64,000 nt of DNA from IMG/VR virus record IMGVR_UViG_3300048571_000088, positions 1 to 64,000 of that record; one strand, given 5' to 3'. Under the pieces are notes generated by a model. The model had not been told where the DNA came from and made no database searches. It saw only the letters and a list, made by a program, of their open reading frames with translations. A program made the position numbers and the translations under genes. This document shows positions 1 through 11,783 of the stretch, in pieces. The number at the start of each line of letters is the position of its first letter. Positions within the stretch are counted from its first letter, which is position 1.

Positions 1-767
1 GATTATTCATTTAGTATGATCTCTTTGTAATAATAAGTTTCAACAGGAATTTGTTTTGCTGGATAAAAATCTGTTGTAGGTGTATAGTAACTATAGCCAT
101 CCTCAGATTTTAGTTGCCTCGCAAAATAGCATTCTGGGGAGGCTACTGAAGTAATTTTAATAATATCTGTACCAGAATACTGATCTAAGTCTTGCCAATG
201 AGTTATAAAGTCTTCTAGATAATTATATTTTGAATTGAAATTCTTTTCGAAATGATAGATTAATTGATAACCATCGTCCAACTCGACATCTTTAAATAGA
301 AGATTTACCTGTTCAGTCATATACTGCAAAGTATAAAGTTCAGAGTTATTTTTTAAACCTTCTACGAAATTTATTAAAAAACCAGACTTATCCATTTTAA
401 ATACGATACTCAAGTACTTTATTTAAAAATTTAACACAGTCTTTTGGATCGGTAAAGTCTTTCATCACTGTATCTAAACAAATACATTTCAGATTATTTT
501 GTTTGATAACTAGTTTATTTTGATCTTTATCATAAATAACTAAATGATATTTAAAGTAAGATAAAACACTTTTGAGATAAGCTTGTTTTTGTTCTTCTAA
601 AATATTTTTATTATAAATATTTATCAATTCTTGTAAGTCGTTAGAACTACATTGAAGCATCATGTCTTGAAATTTTTCAAGAACTTGTTTATCAATAGTT
701 GAGTACCATATTAAAAATTTTTGTAACTCTTTACTATCGTAAATATTTGTTAAGATTTTGTTCATGC

Positions 768-2444
768 TTATACCTCTATAATTAAATTGTGTTTAAAACC
801 ATTATTATTTTGTTCATTGCAATAGCCCAAAGGGTTAATAACAAATCTTGTTTCATCTACTACTGTATCAATAGCTGTATGAGTATTACCCGTTAAAGAA
901 ATTTTATTATTTCTTCTCATAATAAAATTTTCATTTTTAATTGTAATACACCAAAAAGGTTCATTTTTGACTGTAGTTTTATCATGGTAAAAACTAGGAT
1001 GATTGATTGCAGTAGTTGTTTTTTCAACGATATAAAGTTGATACTGAGGTAATTTTGAAAACCCATGATTTAATCTTACTTGAATTGAACAACTATAGCC
1101 ATTAATAGTACTTAAGTAAGACAGTATTTCTTTTTCTGATTTTTTAGCGGTGTAAATAGCTGTGCCATTACCTCTAATACTTCCATCTGTTTGCTGATAA
1201 GTCTTGAGAATAATTTCAAATTGTTTTTTATTACATTTTAAAAGCTTATTATCCAACCCTTTAATATTCCAGTCAGCTAGTTCGTCAGGTAATGTAAAAT
1301 TTATACTAGATCTACCATTTAAATCACACGTGTAGTCAAAAACTCTATACATTATGTTTAATTCATTAAGTAAAGATTTAATATATTCTTTTTTTCTATT
1401 TTTATTGAGACTAAATCTAACAAGATTGCTATTACATAACGACCCATCGGCTGCAATAGCAATGTAAAGCTCTAGTAACTTATCAGTAAGATTAATTCCA
1501 GGATTTTTAAACATACCAGCCCTAATAAAAGTAAATGCGGATTTTCTTGCAGCTAATTTTTCTGCCGTCAATACTGTATACTTATTATTTATCAACCCGA
1601 CCATACGATGAAGACTAGTAACTCTTTGATTAATAATTCCGTTATTAAATTCATAAACATCTCCTGTATACGACATGTCAGTAATTTTAATAATACTTTC
1701 TAAATCTATTAGTTTTGTTTCTTTATTATATGTATAAACTTTATCAGAAAGCAACAGATCTTTTCTAAATTTCCAACCACTCTCAGTGAGAATTTCGGTT
1801 TCTAAATCCACACAGTGTCCGTTTAGCACTAAACTAAATCCAGTACAGTCTAAATCATTAATAAAATAAGGATTAAGAAGCTTTCCTGTCGGGTGATTAG
1901 CCCAATAAGGATCTAAACAACATTGATGTAAAGGAAAGTGAGTCACTACGATTGTATTTGGCTTGTTTCGATATTGTTGAATCCAATTCCAATCTTTATT
2001 AAAGAATGTAATGTAATCATTTGGAGTAACTAGTCTACCCTTATATCTAATACAATAAAAATCATTAACACATTGTTTTGCATTTAGTTTATTTATGTCT
2101 AGTTGGTAGGGATTTGAATATTCTAGTTTGTTTTGATGAAAGTTTGTCCATAGGGTTCCTCCTACAAAAGTATATCCATTATGATTATACTCTTTTCCTT
2201 CTGTGAGGTAGTTGTAACCCTTGGAATGGAGTTCTTTATAGACATCTTCCATGTCATTGTTGTAGAAGTCATGATTACCTAAAACAAATACATAGGGTTT
2301 TTTAGCTTCTTTACATTTATTGACAAACTCGTCTATGTATTTAAATTCGCCATTACTTGCATCCCCGCAGTGGATTATAAAATCTGCATCGAGATTCAAA
2401 GTGTACGGATACGTATGAGTATCACTTATTAATTGTATCTTCAT
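768..2444 (-). CDS. Calcineurin-like metallophosphoesterase interrupted by an intein
   Basis: Motifs SDTH, HCGD, GNHD and VVTH are present; the final GHTH motif is split as NGH|C...GN|THT by a 310-aa insertion. Confidence 0.9.
   Translation of the reverse strand: MKIQLISDTHTYPYTLNLDADFIIHCGDASNGEFKYIDEFVNKCKEAKKPYVFVLGNHDFYNNDMEDVYKELHSKGYNYLTEGKEYNHNGYTFVGGTLWTNFHQNKLEYSNPYQLDINKLNAKQCVNDFYCIRYKGRLVTPNDYITFFNKDWNWIQQYRNKPNTIVVTHFPLHQCCLDPYWANHPTGKLLNPYFINDLDCTGFSLVLNGHCVDLETEILTESGWKFRKDLLLSDKVYTYNKETKLIDLESIIKITDMSYTGDVYEFNNGIINQRVTSLHRMVGLINNKYTVLTAEKLAARKSAFTFIRAGMFKNPGINLTDKLLELYIAIAADGSLCNSNLVRFSLNKNRKKEYIKSLLNELNIMYRVFDYTCDLNGRSSINFTLPDELADWNIKGLDNKLLKCNKKQFEIILKTYQQTDGSIRGNGTAIYTAKKSEKEILSYLSTINGYSCSIQVRLNHGFSKLPQYQLYIVEKTTTAINHPSFYHDKTTVKNEPFWCITIKNENFIMRRNNKISLTGNTHTAIDTVVDETRFVINPLGYCNEQNNNGFKHNLIIEV
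885..1814 (-). mobile_element. Intein with LAGLIDADG-type homing endonuclease domain
   Basis: Begins CVDLETEILTESGW (block A), has VTSLHRM (block B) and LAGLIDADG-like YIAIAADGS and TYQQTDGS, and ends FWCITIKNENFIMRRNNKISLTGN followed by Thr+1. Confidence 0.9.
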
Positions 2445-2647
2445 GAGAAATCTTTGCCTTAACTAAAAAATGTGTATTAATTAATTTATCTAAAAAGTCT
2501 TGATCAACTTTAAGAATATAATTTGCATAATAAGTTCTTGTTTTTTACTATTTAATATATATAAATATTTATTCATAATTCTCTTATTTAACAATTCAAA
2601 CTTCACTTCAAAAGAGTTTGACATATTTTTTAATTATTATATAATAA

Positions 2648-2744
2648 TGGAGCGGGTGTTGGCAATCGAAGCCAAGCAGAGTAACTTAAACATATTTACT
2701 TCTCTGGGGTCGGAATCCGCAGTGGTACACCTGTACTCACCCGC
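2648..2744 (-). tRNA. tRNA-Gly(UCC)-like, atypical (short D arm, long variable arm)
   Basis: Acceptor GCGGGUG/CACCCGC, U73, encoded CCA, T arm UUGGC-UUCGAUU-GCCAA, anticodon loop AUUCCGA. Confidence 0.7.
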
Positions 2745-4278
2745 TAATATTGGGTTAACTAAAGGAAATTAAAAAATGTATTCAGAACTATCAGAACAAT
2801 TCTTATACAACAAAGAAAACTTTAAGAATCACTCATAAAGAATGGATAAAGAAAATAAAAATCACTGAAATAAATACATTATTAAAAATAGAATAATAGC
2901 ACACCTATTCAGAAGAACCGTTTAAGTGTATTACTTTATTTTTAATATCTTTTAAATTAACATAAGTTTTCCTAGAGCTAGACAGTTTAATTAGAGTTTA
3001 TTGATACTTATTAGAATTTTACCTTTAAAACTATGCCCGCTGTTATTTATTATTTAAGTGGATGGATTAGGAAAAGACTTACTAAAAAAATTCCATTTTT
3101 CAAAGTGGTTAATGTTAATTGTTTTTGTATGTTTTTTTACTTGATGTGCCTTATAAACAGGAAAGTGAAACTGTTTTTCATGTTTTGTAAATTTAAAATA
3201 AATATCAGAATCTGGGTCATTTACTTTTAAAATTACATCACCATTTAAGTCAATTTCATAATATGATTCACTAAAAATATCAATCCACATATCTGCTATG
3301 TTTTGTATTATAGGTAAATGGAGTAGATGCTCACTAAAGTTTGGATCTCCGTACTGATCTATAAAGCATGTTGAAGCGATTAATCGCTTCAAAGCGCGCA
3401 ATGGAATACAAGTACCAGGATTAATAAAGTGAGTAAAAGTAAAAAAGTCTAATAAAGTGACAAAAGAAGATAGATCTTTTGTACTCTTATATTCTGTTAA
3501 TGCATTTAACAAGGCCAGTGATTTTGAATTATCTCTTTTTGTGTATGAACCACTTTTAAAATAATTGTCAAGCCAGTCGTCATCAATAATCATACCATCT
3601 AAGTAGACATAAGAAGTACCACCAACATAGTAACACCAATAATTATATTTTTCTATGAAAGGGAGATACTTAGCAGGAGTATTTAACTGAGTTTTTAAAA
3701 TTTGATTTAAACCTGCAGCAGAAGACTGGTCAGCAATATCAATAAAAAATTCATTTAAAATTGTTGTTAACTTATCAAATTGATCATTCATTCTTAAATT
3801 TTTCTTACACTATAGGTAGGTGTGGTTATCTCTTCGATTTCTACGAGGTCCCACCAAGTGCACATCGGTCCTTCTTCATAAGAAAAGTATTCACATGCTG
3901 AAGACAAATAGATAGACGTATTTGGTAAGTTTATTACTACCATATCGAGATAATGATGAGTGCCTTTAATTTTATAATCCAATAAGGTAACCGTAGCAGC
4001 AAAACTGTTGATTACTCTTAAATTACCCTTGTACCCAGCAGGAAAGGAGTAATCAGTAAAATACATATTAAATTTATTTAAAAAATCTTTTCTTACTGTC
4101 AAGTCTTCTTTTAATTGCTCAGCAGTGTATTTATTGTTTTCAAAAACATCAAGATAAAATTCATTGTAAGCTTCTTGTTTCTTTTCTGCACTTAACTTTA
4201 CACAGTGGTCTGATAGTGAACTCAGTTCACTAGTTGTTAAATCTGAAAGATTTATATTTAATAGTTTTTGAATGTCAG

Positions 4279-4779
4279 TCATTTTGTTGAGTCCTTGTAT
4301 AAAACTAAAGTAATGTTAAGATCAGGAGTAGCTAGATTAATTAAACTTTTAATAATTTCTAAATCCCCTTTTGCAAGCCCAGCTCCTATTGCTGGTACTC
4401 CTACTGTTGGAAAGTATTTAGTCTGTTTAGAAGCTTTTAAAAGAACTGAATTAAGCGCGAGAAATCCTCTGTAAATAGCAGTATAATCAACAGGAGGACA
4501 ATCATGTATTCTATTCCAACCTACAGTCTCTTGAGTATACATATTTACAATAGTTTGACCGCTACCTACTGATGCAACACTAAAAGTTCCTAAATGATTA
4601 GTTTTATTTTTAAAAGCTTTTAAATCTACTTCGTAGGCTTCAGGAAATTCTTCTTTAATTGTTTTAGCAATTCCTGCACCAAAACTTCCAAAAGTATTGC
4701 AACCATGTACTATAACATCATATTTTTTATCTTTAAAATCTTGAATAAGATTTCCATAGATAATATTTTTAATTGGCAT
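4279..4779 (-). CDS. Macro domain protein (Appr-1-p processing / ADP-ribose hydrolase)
   Basis: IVHGCN, FGAGIAK, VNMYTQ and PAIGAGLAKG macro-domain motifs. Confidence 0.9.
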   Translation of the reverse strand: MPIKNIIYGNLIQDFKDKKYDVIVHGCNTFGSFGAGIAKTIKEEFPEAYEVDLKAFKNKTNHLGTFSVASVGSGQTIVNMYTQETVGWNRIHDCPPVDYTAIYRGFLALNSVLLKASKQTKYFPTVGVPAIGAGLAKGDLEIIKSLINLATPDLNITLVLYKDSTK

Positions 4780-4781
4780 TT

Positions 4782-4961
4782 TTAAATAAATTCCTTAAAG
4801 TCTACTTTACAGTATTTTTGACAAACAGGGCAAGAAACAAAGGAAACCACACCGAATGATTTAGTTTCCTTAGCTAAACAAGAAAAAGTAGTTTTACACG
4901 AGTCACAACTAATTTTATACTCTTTTTCTGACGGCGGAACTCCGCGTTGAATAATTTTCAT
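4782..4961 (-). CDS. Small zinc-ribbon protein (59 aa, below the ORF-track cut-off)
   Basis: Manual translation MKIIQRGVPPSEKEYKISCDSC...CPVC...EFI*; two CxxC pairs; fills the gap between adjacent genes. Confidence 0.7.
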   Translation of the reverse strand: MKIIQRGVPPSEKEYKISCDSCKTTFSCLAKETKSFGVVSFVSCPVCQKYCKVDFKEFI

Positions 4962-5272
4962 AATTAGATATTCTCAGGTATGTTTGTAATTGAGTAGATT
5001 AGATTAATATCTGTATGTTTTTCTGGTATATAATTATACACACATAATACTTGATTTTTATACGTAAACATATATGGCTGATCTGTTTTAACGTCTCTTA
5101 TGAGAAGCTTACTAAGTGTTTCTAGTAAGTCAATTGTAATGTGAGACATTTCATCGAAAAAAGAATCTTCTAGATATGTTTCTAAAATGTCAATTGCAAT
5201 GAGAGCTTTAATTAAAGCTCTCATGTCTTGATCACTATATTTATACGAAGGTACATAAGTGTTTGACATTAT

Positions 5273-6331
5273 TTAGTCTTTAACTTTTAGTAGGTAACGA
5301 TTACTAATTACTTTAAATCGTAAATCTGTACTAAGTGATTTAAATACCAAACCTTCCCTGTATTTACCAGACAAGCCAGATTCACCGTCTGCTTCTTTAA
5401 GTAATAACTCTAATAATTCTTCTTTTGATAGTGTATCAGATTTACTAAGTTGTTTTAAAGTAAGATTTTGCATGTATACTGGAACATAGTTTAACCCTAA
5501 CGTTAAACACATAAGTTCTGCATCAGTAGGTACCATATATCCAGCAGTATTAATATTATATACACTGTAAATATAAAGTAGTGGCTCTTTAACTCCTTCA
5601 AAGTTACTTTGAATTTTAGGGGACACTAGTTCCCCTTGAAAGGCAAATCCGTTTGGAATTACATTAAGAACTGGTTTGCCGACTAAATTAAAAGGTGACT
5701 GAGACTCCAAAGGAATCTTTAAATTACGAGAACAAACAGACTGCAATTCATCACTATTGATTACTGTCGTTGAGCTACCATCTAATTTATAAGAGATTTC
5801 AAACACTTCGTCATTTAAGTAAGCACTGTATACTTCATTTAAACAATTCTGTAAACGTTCTAAATCTGTTTTAGGTACTAAGTAAGAAGGGAAACGTGAT
5901 CCACTAGTTTGATTGTCAATTGATGTTTCTGGCTTTTCATACTTACAAATCAATAAGTATTCAGTTAAGTCAGCACCAATCTCAAGACTATTAAAATAAT
6001 TTTGTTGTTCTTCGTTAAAACAAGTTAAAGGAACGCAATATCCTTGAGATACTTGACCGCGCAATTTAATTGTCTTAATTAAATAGCCACTAACGGAATC
6101 ACCATTATCTGTTTGAGTAGTGCGTAAAGGAAGCTTATTTAAGTCAGACTCGTAAGGTTCTAGTTGAGGACACAGACTATCGACTTCATGATAGATGCAC
6201 TTATGACCGACTTGGTACAAGCCTTTTCCAACCACTACTTTCCAACCACGAACAGTTGCTACTTCAATCTTATCCGCTTCAGGAATAGATTGCAGATCTA
6301 AGATTGTTTCTAGTGTTGCTAATTTTCTCAT
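5273..6331 (-). CDS. RNA ligase, DRB0094 family (Rnl2-like)
   Basis: N-terminal OB module (RKLAT...ADKIEVATVRGWKVVV, KLRGQVSQG); ligase motifs KLDGSS, QGEL, REGLVFK and FKVISN. Confidence 0.9.
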   Translation of the reverse strand: MRKLATLETILDLQSIPEADKIEVATVRGWKVVVGKGLYQVGHKCIYHEVDSLCPQLEPYESDLNKLPLRTTQTDNGDSVSGYLIKTIKLRGQVSQGYCVPLTCFNEEQQNYFNSLEIGADLTEYLLICKYEKPETSIDNQTSGSRFPSYLVPKTDLERLQNCLNEVYSAYLNDEVFEISYKLDGSSTTVINSDELQSVCSRNLKIPLESQSPFNLVGKPVLNVIPNGFAFQGELVSPKIQSNFEGVKEPLLYIYSVYNINTAGYMVPTDAELMCLTLGLNYVPVYMQNLTLKQLSKSDTLSKEELLELLLKEADGESGLSGKYREGLVFKSLSTDLRFKVISNRYLLKVKD

Positions 6332-7427
6332 TTGTTTATATCTCGTTATATTTAAAAGTATAAGACTCTAAGAAAGAATCTAATAAAGCAAAAGACTTAA
6401 ATTTTTCAAACTCAGCTAAAGTGTATTTTTTATTGTAAGCATTCCCAGACCAATTAAATTCAATACTGTTAGTATGTGTATACACTATAATATTATTTAC
6501 TGTATTAAATAGATTTATTGCTAACATATTTACTTTATGTTTGACTTGTAAATTCTTTACTTCTTTATAATATTGGGCTAATTCTTTATCTATTAGATCT
6601 TGTTTTAATTCTTTTTGTTTGGCTTGTTCACGCTCTTTAATATTTTCTGGAGAATAGTAACCTAATTCAATATTCTTTTTAATAAGTTGGTATTTATCTT
6701 GAGATAGAGGAACATAGTTACTACGCTTACTATCGTTAATAAAATCAGTCTTTGTTAAATCTTGAAGTAAAATAATTGCTTTGTTTGCGCTTTCTAGCCA
6801 TTTATTAGGTATCTGACTCGAATCTAATAAATAATTAAAGTGTGCGGAATCTTCTGCTTGTGAAAGAATTTGATAATCTTCATCTGAAATACAATTATAA
6901 TACTTTTGAAATGTATCTTTACTTTTTTGATAAAACATATTACTAACAGCGTGCATAGGAGCACCACTGTAATCACACAAATGAAGATCTACAAATATTT
7001 TAAATTCCGGGAAGAATGTAAGGATTTCGTCGTGCAGACAACCAGACGATGTTGCCTTCAGGTGCCCGAATTGATCCTTTTCGTATAAAGTAGCTGTAGC
7101 TGAAAAATCTTGATGTCCATTTTTACATTCATCGTCTAATTTAATTTTGACTTCTAGTTGTAAGTCGCCAATAATTTTACGTGTTTTATACACTAAAGAG
7201 TTACTTGTAGGTTTTAGCATTTACGTTTAATTCCAAAAGTTTCGATACAAGAAAAATTTTCAATTATAATTGGGTTAGGCTTAATCTGTAAATAATAAAA
7301 GTATGAGGCAGAATAAAATAATTGCAATTCTTTAATACTCTCTATAAAACTACTGTAATCTTTTTGATTTTTAATAGTAGTAGTTTTACATTTTTCTTCT
7401 ACTAAAGAATCATAATAATTTAATAGG

Positions 7428-7817
7428 TTATACAATTTTTCTACCGTGTGTTAATGTCGTTACAGTACTTAAATCTTGAGAAGTTTCAGTCCAAGTAGTT
7501 TGCCAAGGACCTCTTAGAGTTAAACACCAAGAATCTTTAGACGCCAGTACACGGTGGTTTTTAGATCTAGAAGTAATTTTAGGAATTAAACTTTTCTTAT
7601 ATTTATATGTTTTACCACTTACTTCTTGTTCAATCATATCGCCAGAGAGGAACCAAGTTAAAGCATTAAAAGCATGAGTATGATACTCTTCTCTACAACC
7701 TTTATTAAATTTAAGTAAAGCAATAGAACATAGATTTTTAATTTCAAAAATAAAGTAACCATCTACTGGAGATTTAGGACCGCCATCTTTTGCTTTACTA
7801 AGTAATTGTGTAAACAT
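7428..7817 (-). CDS. Cupin-fold protein
   Basis: EEYHTHAF...LSG.M.E...HRV...WCLTLRGP cupin-like pattern. Confidence 0.55.
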   Translation of the reverse strand: MFTQLLSKAKDGGPKSPVDGYFIFEIKNLCSIALLKFNKGCREEYHTHAFNALTWFLSGDMIEQEVSGKTYKYKKSLIPKITSRSKNHRVLASKDSWCLTLRGPWQTTWTETSQDLSTVTTLTHGRKIV

Positions 7818-8495
7818 TGTGTTTTCCTGAAAATTTTAATTGGTTTTGAGCGTGAGGGTTTAAATTGTTAAACACTGTTTCTAGTAATAGGTCTAGCTCT
7901 TTATGAGCTATTAATTGATTAAAGATAATTGAAATATCATTTCTAATTAAATTAACTGTACTTCTATTTAATGGTAGTAATAAATACTCTTCTATCTCTA
8001 ATTGCTTAATTAAAAATAAATGTAAAATTGTATACCTTAGTAAGTCGGAGTCACATTCAAACTGTAAATAAGGTGTATTAGTAGTAGAATGAATCACAAG
8101 ACTCCATTTATTATTTACAATACATTCTTTAGCTTCTAATAAAGAATTCATAATTAATTATACTTCTAAGCTATAACGAGAATCCACATTTATTAATGGA
8201 CCATAATGACCATACGTTAAAAGATTATGCTTTTTATATACTAAATATTCTTCTTCTGTAAGTTCAATTACATCGTAATCACCAATAACACTTTCAGCGT
8301 CATAGTTAATAGTAAATTCGTTAGTTCCAAAATACCAAGCTAACTCATCATATTTTTCAAAGTAAGTATATAATTCTTGTAGCTTTTGATTATATTGTTC
8401 TTGTGTAATAATTGCAAAACCATGAACTGAAAATTCATCAGCATAATCAGCACAATATTTAAGCATCAAATATGTTGTAGTCATTTATATATTCC

Positions 8496-9380
8496 TTAAA
8501 ATATATACCTAATTGTATTCCAAGGTATAATATCATTATGTAGTGTTTTAAATTTATCAATCATTTTAGATTTAATAATATGATTGTATCTAAGTACATT
8601 ACCACCATATGTTGATTTCTTTAATTCTTGATAGTGTGGTTGCCAAAGAATACTTTCAGCCTCTAAGTTATTATTAAGAAGATTATAATTATGCATTTTT
8701 TCATCATGAGTTAAAAATATAACTTCTGATAAAACATCTTTTTTAATATTATTAGGTACAATATCATTGAGTTGTTCAAACAATTCTTTATATAATAAAG
8801 AAGAATTTTGATAAGCAATTACAGGACTAAAATTAACATGGACATCCCAACCAGCTTCATAAAATAACTGTATAGATTTCATTCTTTCAATAATTAAAGA
8901 AGTTTTAGGTTCTAGTATTGTACTTAGTTGTTGAGGCATTAATGAAAATCTAATTCTCATTTTCTTATTAGGATTATAATAAAGTAATTTATGATTAACG
9001 TATTTAGTAGCAAAAGACCCAAAAGCCTTATCACTATTTTTAAAGTAATCAAATAATCTACTATAATCTTGATGTTTATAATGTAAAGCTACATCAGTAT
9101 TACATCCAATATCATAAGTCCAATAAGTAGAGTGTGTTTGGTCGGGTTGTTTAGGCCACTGTAAAGAATTTACATGAGAATCTATAGAAGAAATAATATC
9201 ATCTAAATTAGAAACAATGTCTAACCCGAAAGGTTTATTTCTACGAAGGTAGCAGTAAGAACACTGATATGAGCACCCTGTAATAGAATCAGGTGAAATA
9301 TAATTTGTAGATCTATTTGATTCTCTGCAAACTAGCGTTCTTCGTGTTATTGTTCGTATTAATTTAGTCGTCACAGTCAC
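8496..9380 (-). CDS. splB: Spore photoproduct lyase-family radical SAM protein
   Basis: GCSYQCSYCYL (CxxxCxxC), FATK, RIRFSLMP, LEPKTS..ER and HVNFSPVI motifs typical of SplB-like proteins. Confidence 0.8.
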   Translation of the reverse strand: MTVTTKLIRTITRRTLVCRESNRSTNYISPDSITGCSYQCSYCYLRRNKPFGLDIVSNLDDIISSIDSHVNSLQWPKQPDQTHSTYWTYDIGCNTDVALHYKHQDYSRLFDYFKNSDKAFGSFATKYVNHKLLYYNPNKKMRIRFSLMPQQLSTILEPKTSLIIERMKSIQLFYEAGWDVHVNFSPVIAYQNSSLLYKELFEQLNDIVPNNIKKDVLSEVIFLTHDEKMHNYNLLNNNLEAESILWQPHYQELKKSTYGGNVLRYNHIIKSKMIDKFKTLHNDIIPWNTIRYIF

Positions 9381-9506
9381 ACCAATTTAAATTGAAGTTC
9401 TTTGATTGTATCTGAGAACAAAGAAAGTACAACATCACCTGGGAAATAATGCTGATGTTCTTTTAAACTAAAGGAATGTGGAAACTTAAGCACATATAAT
9501 TGTAAA

Positions 9507-10262
9507 TTATCCATCTATACCTCGAAAGATTACTTTTTTATGCTTAGAGTTTTCTTGTAGTTGTCTAAATTTAAAATAATTGGTATAAATTCTTTTGTTA
9601 TTAATTATGCCATCAATAGCCACATACGACATACTCAATATTTCTTCGTCTGTTTTTCCGTCATGTACGTTACCTTTAGGTTTAGTATTGGTAATCTCTA
9701 AAGGGATTTCTAATATTTTAGCTAGTTTATAGACTTCAGTTTTAGTGTAAGTGTTAATTAATTGAATATCACAAGTATCGGTTTTCTTACCAAAAAATCC
9801 AGTTTCATATTCAGACTTATTAATAGTTCCACAAACAATCCCTAATGAGTCATTAGCAGTATACATACAAGCTGTATTGTAAAGTAAAGTAGGTCTGATC
9901 CAATAATCAGACTGACCAGTCAAGTAGGAATTGTTTTCATTTCCCATACAAAGAGATAATGCTTTAGAAGCTTGGGCTACGTAGTGCGGGTCAGGCTCTA
10001 GTAAATTATCATCTTGGCCGCAAAGAAGCTTACCTAAATAATAAGCTTCTTCTTGTTCTGTACTTCCAATACTATTATAAATAGGTATTAAAACTGGATA
10101 AACATTTAATTCAGAAATTTCATTAGCTAATAATTTAAGAATTTTATAAGTAACTGCCGAATCAACTCCACCACTAATGCCTAAAATAACGTTAAGCTTC
10201 TTTAGATTATTTTCTTTAATAATACTGAGGAGTAACTCTTTTTGTTTTTCAAACTTAAACAT
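9507..10262 (-). CDS. nadE: NH3-dependent NAD+ synthetase-like protein
   Basis: LGISGGVDS PP-loop, GTINKSE..GFFGK, TKTEVYKLA and TDEEIL motifs; no glutaminase domain. Confidence 0.8.
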   Translation of the reverse strand: MFKFEKQKELLLSIIKENNLKKLNVILGISGGVDSAVTYKILKLLANEISELNVYPVLIPIYNSIGSTEQEEAYYLGKLLCGQDDNLLEPDPHYVAQASKALSLCMGNENNSYLTGQSDYWIRPTLLYNTACMYTANDSLGIVCGTINKSEYETGFFGKKTDTCDIQLINTYTKTEVYKLAKILEIPLEITNTKPKGNVHDGKTDEEILSMSYVAIDGIINNKRIYTNYFKFRQLQENSKHKKVIFRGIDG

Positions 10263-10966
10263 TAATAATTTTCTCTTGGAATACTAGTTGATAACGCTTT
10301 ACACAATTCAATAAAAGTTTGAATATCTTTTTCAACCTTAATAGAACAATGTTCTTTAACTAGAGCTTTGTCTTCTATATAACACATTCGTCTATCGGTA
10401 GTTAATATATACATACCACCATAAGGAGCATCTAAAATTAAATCTCTTAAATCTAAGATTTCAAATTCCTGTTTAGAGTTATCTAAGTACACATGCTCAG
10501 AGACTACTTCAATGCCTAACTCTTTAAGTTTATATTTAACAAACTTAAATTGTCCTCCATATACAATGTCATCATCATATAAAGCAACTTTGTTAATATT
10601 TAATTGTTGTAAATTATATTCAATATGATGAAATTGGTCATCAATAGATTTATAGAAGGATTCGAGTCTTACTTGATGACCTGTAAAAGTATAAGAGCCA
10701 TTAATATAACTATAACTACGTCCAATCTCTAGATTAAATACAGATTTAATTAAAGGATCTAAAGAAATAATCGGAACACTATGATCTAAACTTTTCTGAT
10801 ATTCTAAGAAATCGTTTATTTGTTCCCATTGAAATTTAAGAATAACATCTTTAAATTTAACTTTTAAAAAATTTAATAGTCTATTAAATTCTTGTGTTGT
10901 AGTAAATTGGTGAGACCAATTATCAATTTTTAAATATAATATTTTATTTGTCATTTTCAGCCGCAC
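10262..10966 (-). CDS. Phosphoribosyltransferase-like protein
   Basis: VALYDDDIVYGG resembles the type I PRPP-binding loop. Confidence 0.5.
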   Translation of the reverse strand: MRLKMTNKILYLKIDNWSHQFTTTQEFNRLLNFLKVKFKDVILKFQWEQINDFLEYQKSLDHSVPIISLDPLIKSVFNLEIGRSYSYINGSYTFTGHQVRLESFYKSIDDQFHHIEYNLQQLNINKVALYDDDIVYGGQFKFVKYKLKELGIEVVSEHVYLDNSKQEFEILDLRDLILDAPYGGMYILTTDRRMCYIEDKALVKEHCSIKVEKDIQTFIELCKALSTSIPRENY

Positions 10967-11783
10967 GTTGATAGATTAAATCAAATCTCATCATGATGCG
11001 TTTTTCTTTAGGATCTGTAGAGATAAAAGGAGTAACACCATGAGGAATTTGATGATTAAATAAAACAATCTTTCCTTTTTCAGGATAAACATGGAAACAT
11101 TTTTCAAGATCGTTGTAGTGTTCAGACCAATCTGAAGTATCCCTATCTTTCATAGGAACTGACAATTGTTGTTCTGACTTTGGTAGGAAATAAGTACTAC
11201 CAGTATCTGACGTACTTAAATAAAGTACTCCAGTAGTCAGTGTTAAAACACTATCAGAATAAACATATGGAGCATCATAATGTGGTACATGTCCTTTGCT
11301 TCCGGAAAAGTACTCCATATAACGAAATAAAGGGGATACTCCAATAGAACGATAAGAAGATTTTTTATTGTCTTCTTTTAGATTATGATTTACAGAAGCA
11401 TACGGATCTAAAGCAAAAGACTGGTAAGGAGCTACAGAGTTAAATCCTAAACCTGTTTTCACTTCAGACAGGCGACTTAACTTTTCTGTCAAAATGTGTG
11501 CAAGTTCTGTGTTATATACTGTAGCTCTATGACTACCTACACTTTGATTTTCTACCTCATTAAGACCTGATAAATTTACTGGATACTTATTAAATTTTTT
11601 AAAATAATCTAATAGACTATCACAAAAATCTAAATCAAAACTTAAATTCTTTTCGTAAATTTCAATACTGCTGTTATTAGCGCATCCAGTAAGAAAAAAG
11701 TTATCAACTTTAATATTAGAGTTAGAAGGTAAATCTAACTCTTGCGGGTAAATTAAATCATACATTTTTAATTTACTATCCAA
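10944..11783 (-). CDS. 2OG-Fe(II) oxygenase (prolyl-hydroxylase-like)
   Basis: FRYMEY...PHYD...LYL...G.T.F...PEKGKIVLFNH..PHGV...R HxD/H/R signature. Confidence 0.85.
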   Translation of the reverse strand: MDSKLKMYDLIYPQELDLPSNSNIKVDNFFLTGCANNSSIEIYEKNLSFDLDFCDSLLDYFKKFNKYPVNLSGLNEVENQSVGSHRATVYNTELAHILTEKLSRLSEVKTGLGFNSVAPYQSFALDPYASVNHNLKEDNKKSSYRSIGVSPLFRYMEYFSGSKGHVPHYDAPYVYSDSVLTLTTGVLYLSTSDTGSTYFLPKSEQQLSVPMKDRDTSDWSEHYNDLEKCFHVYPEKGKIVLFNHQIPHGVTPFISTDPKEKRIMMRFDLIYQRAAENDK

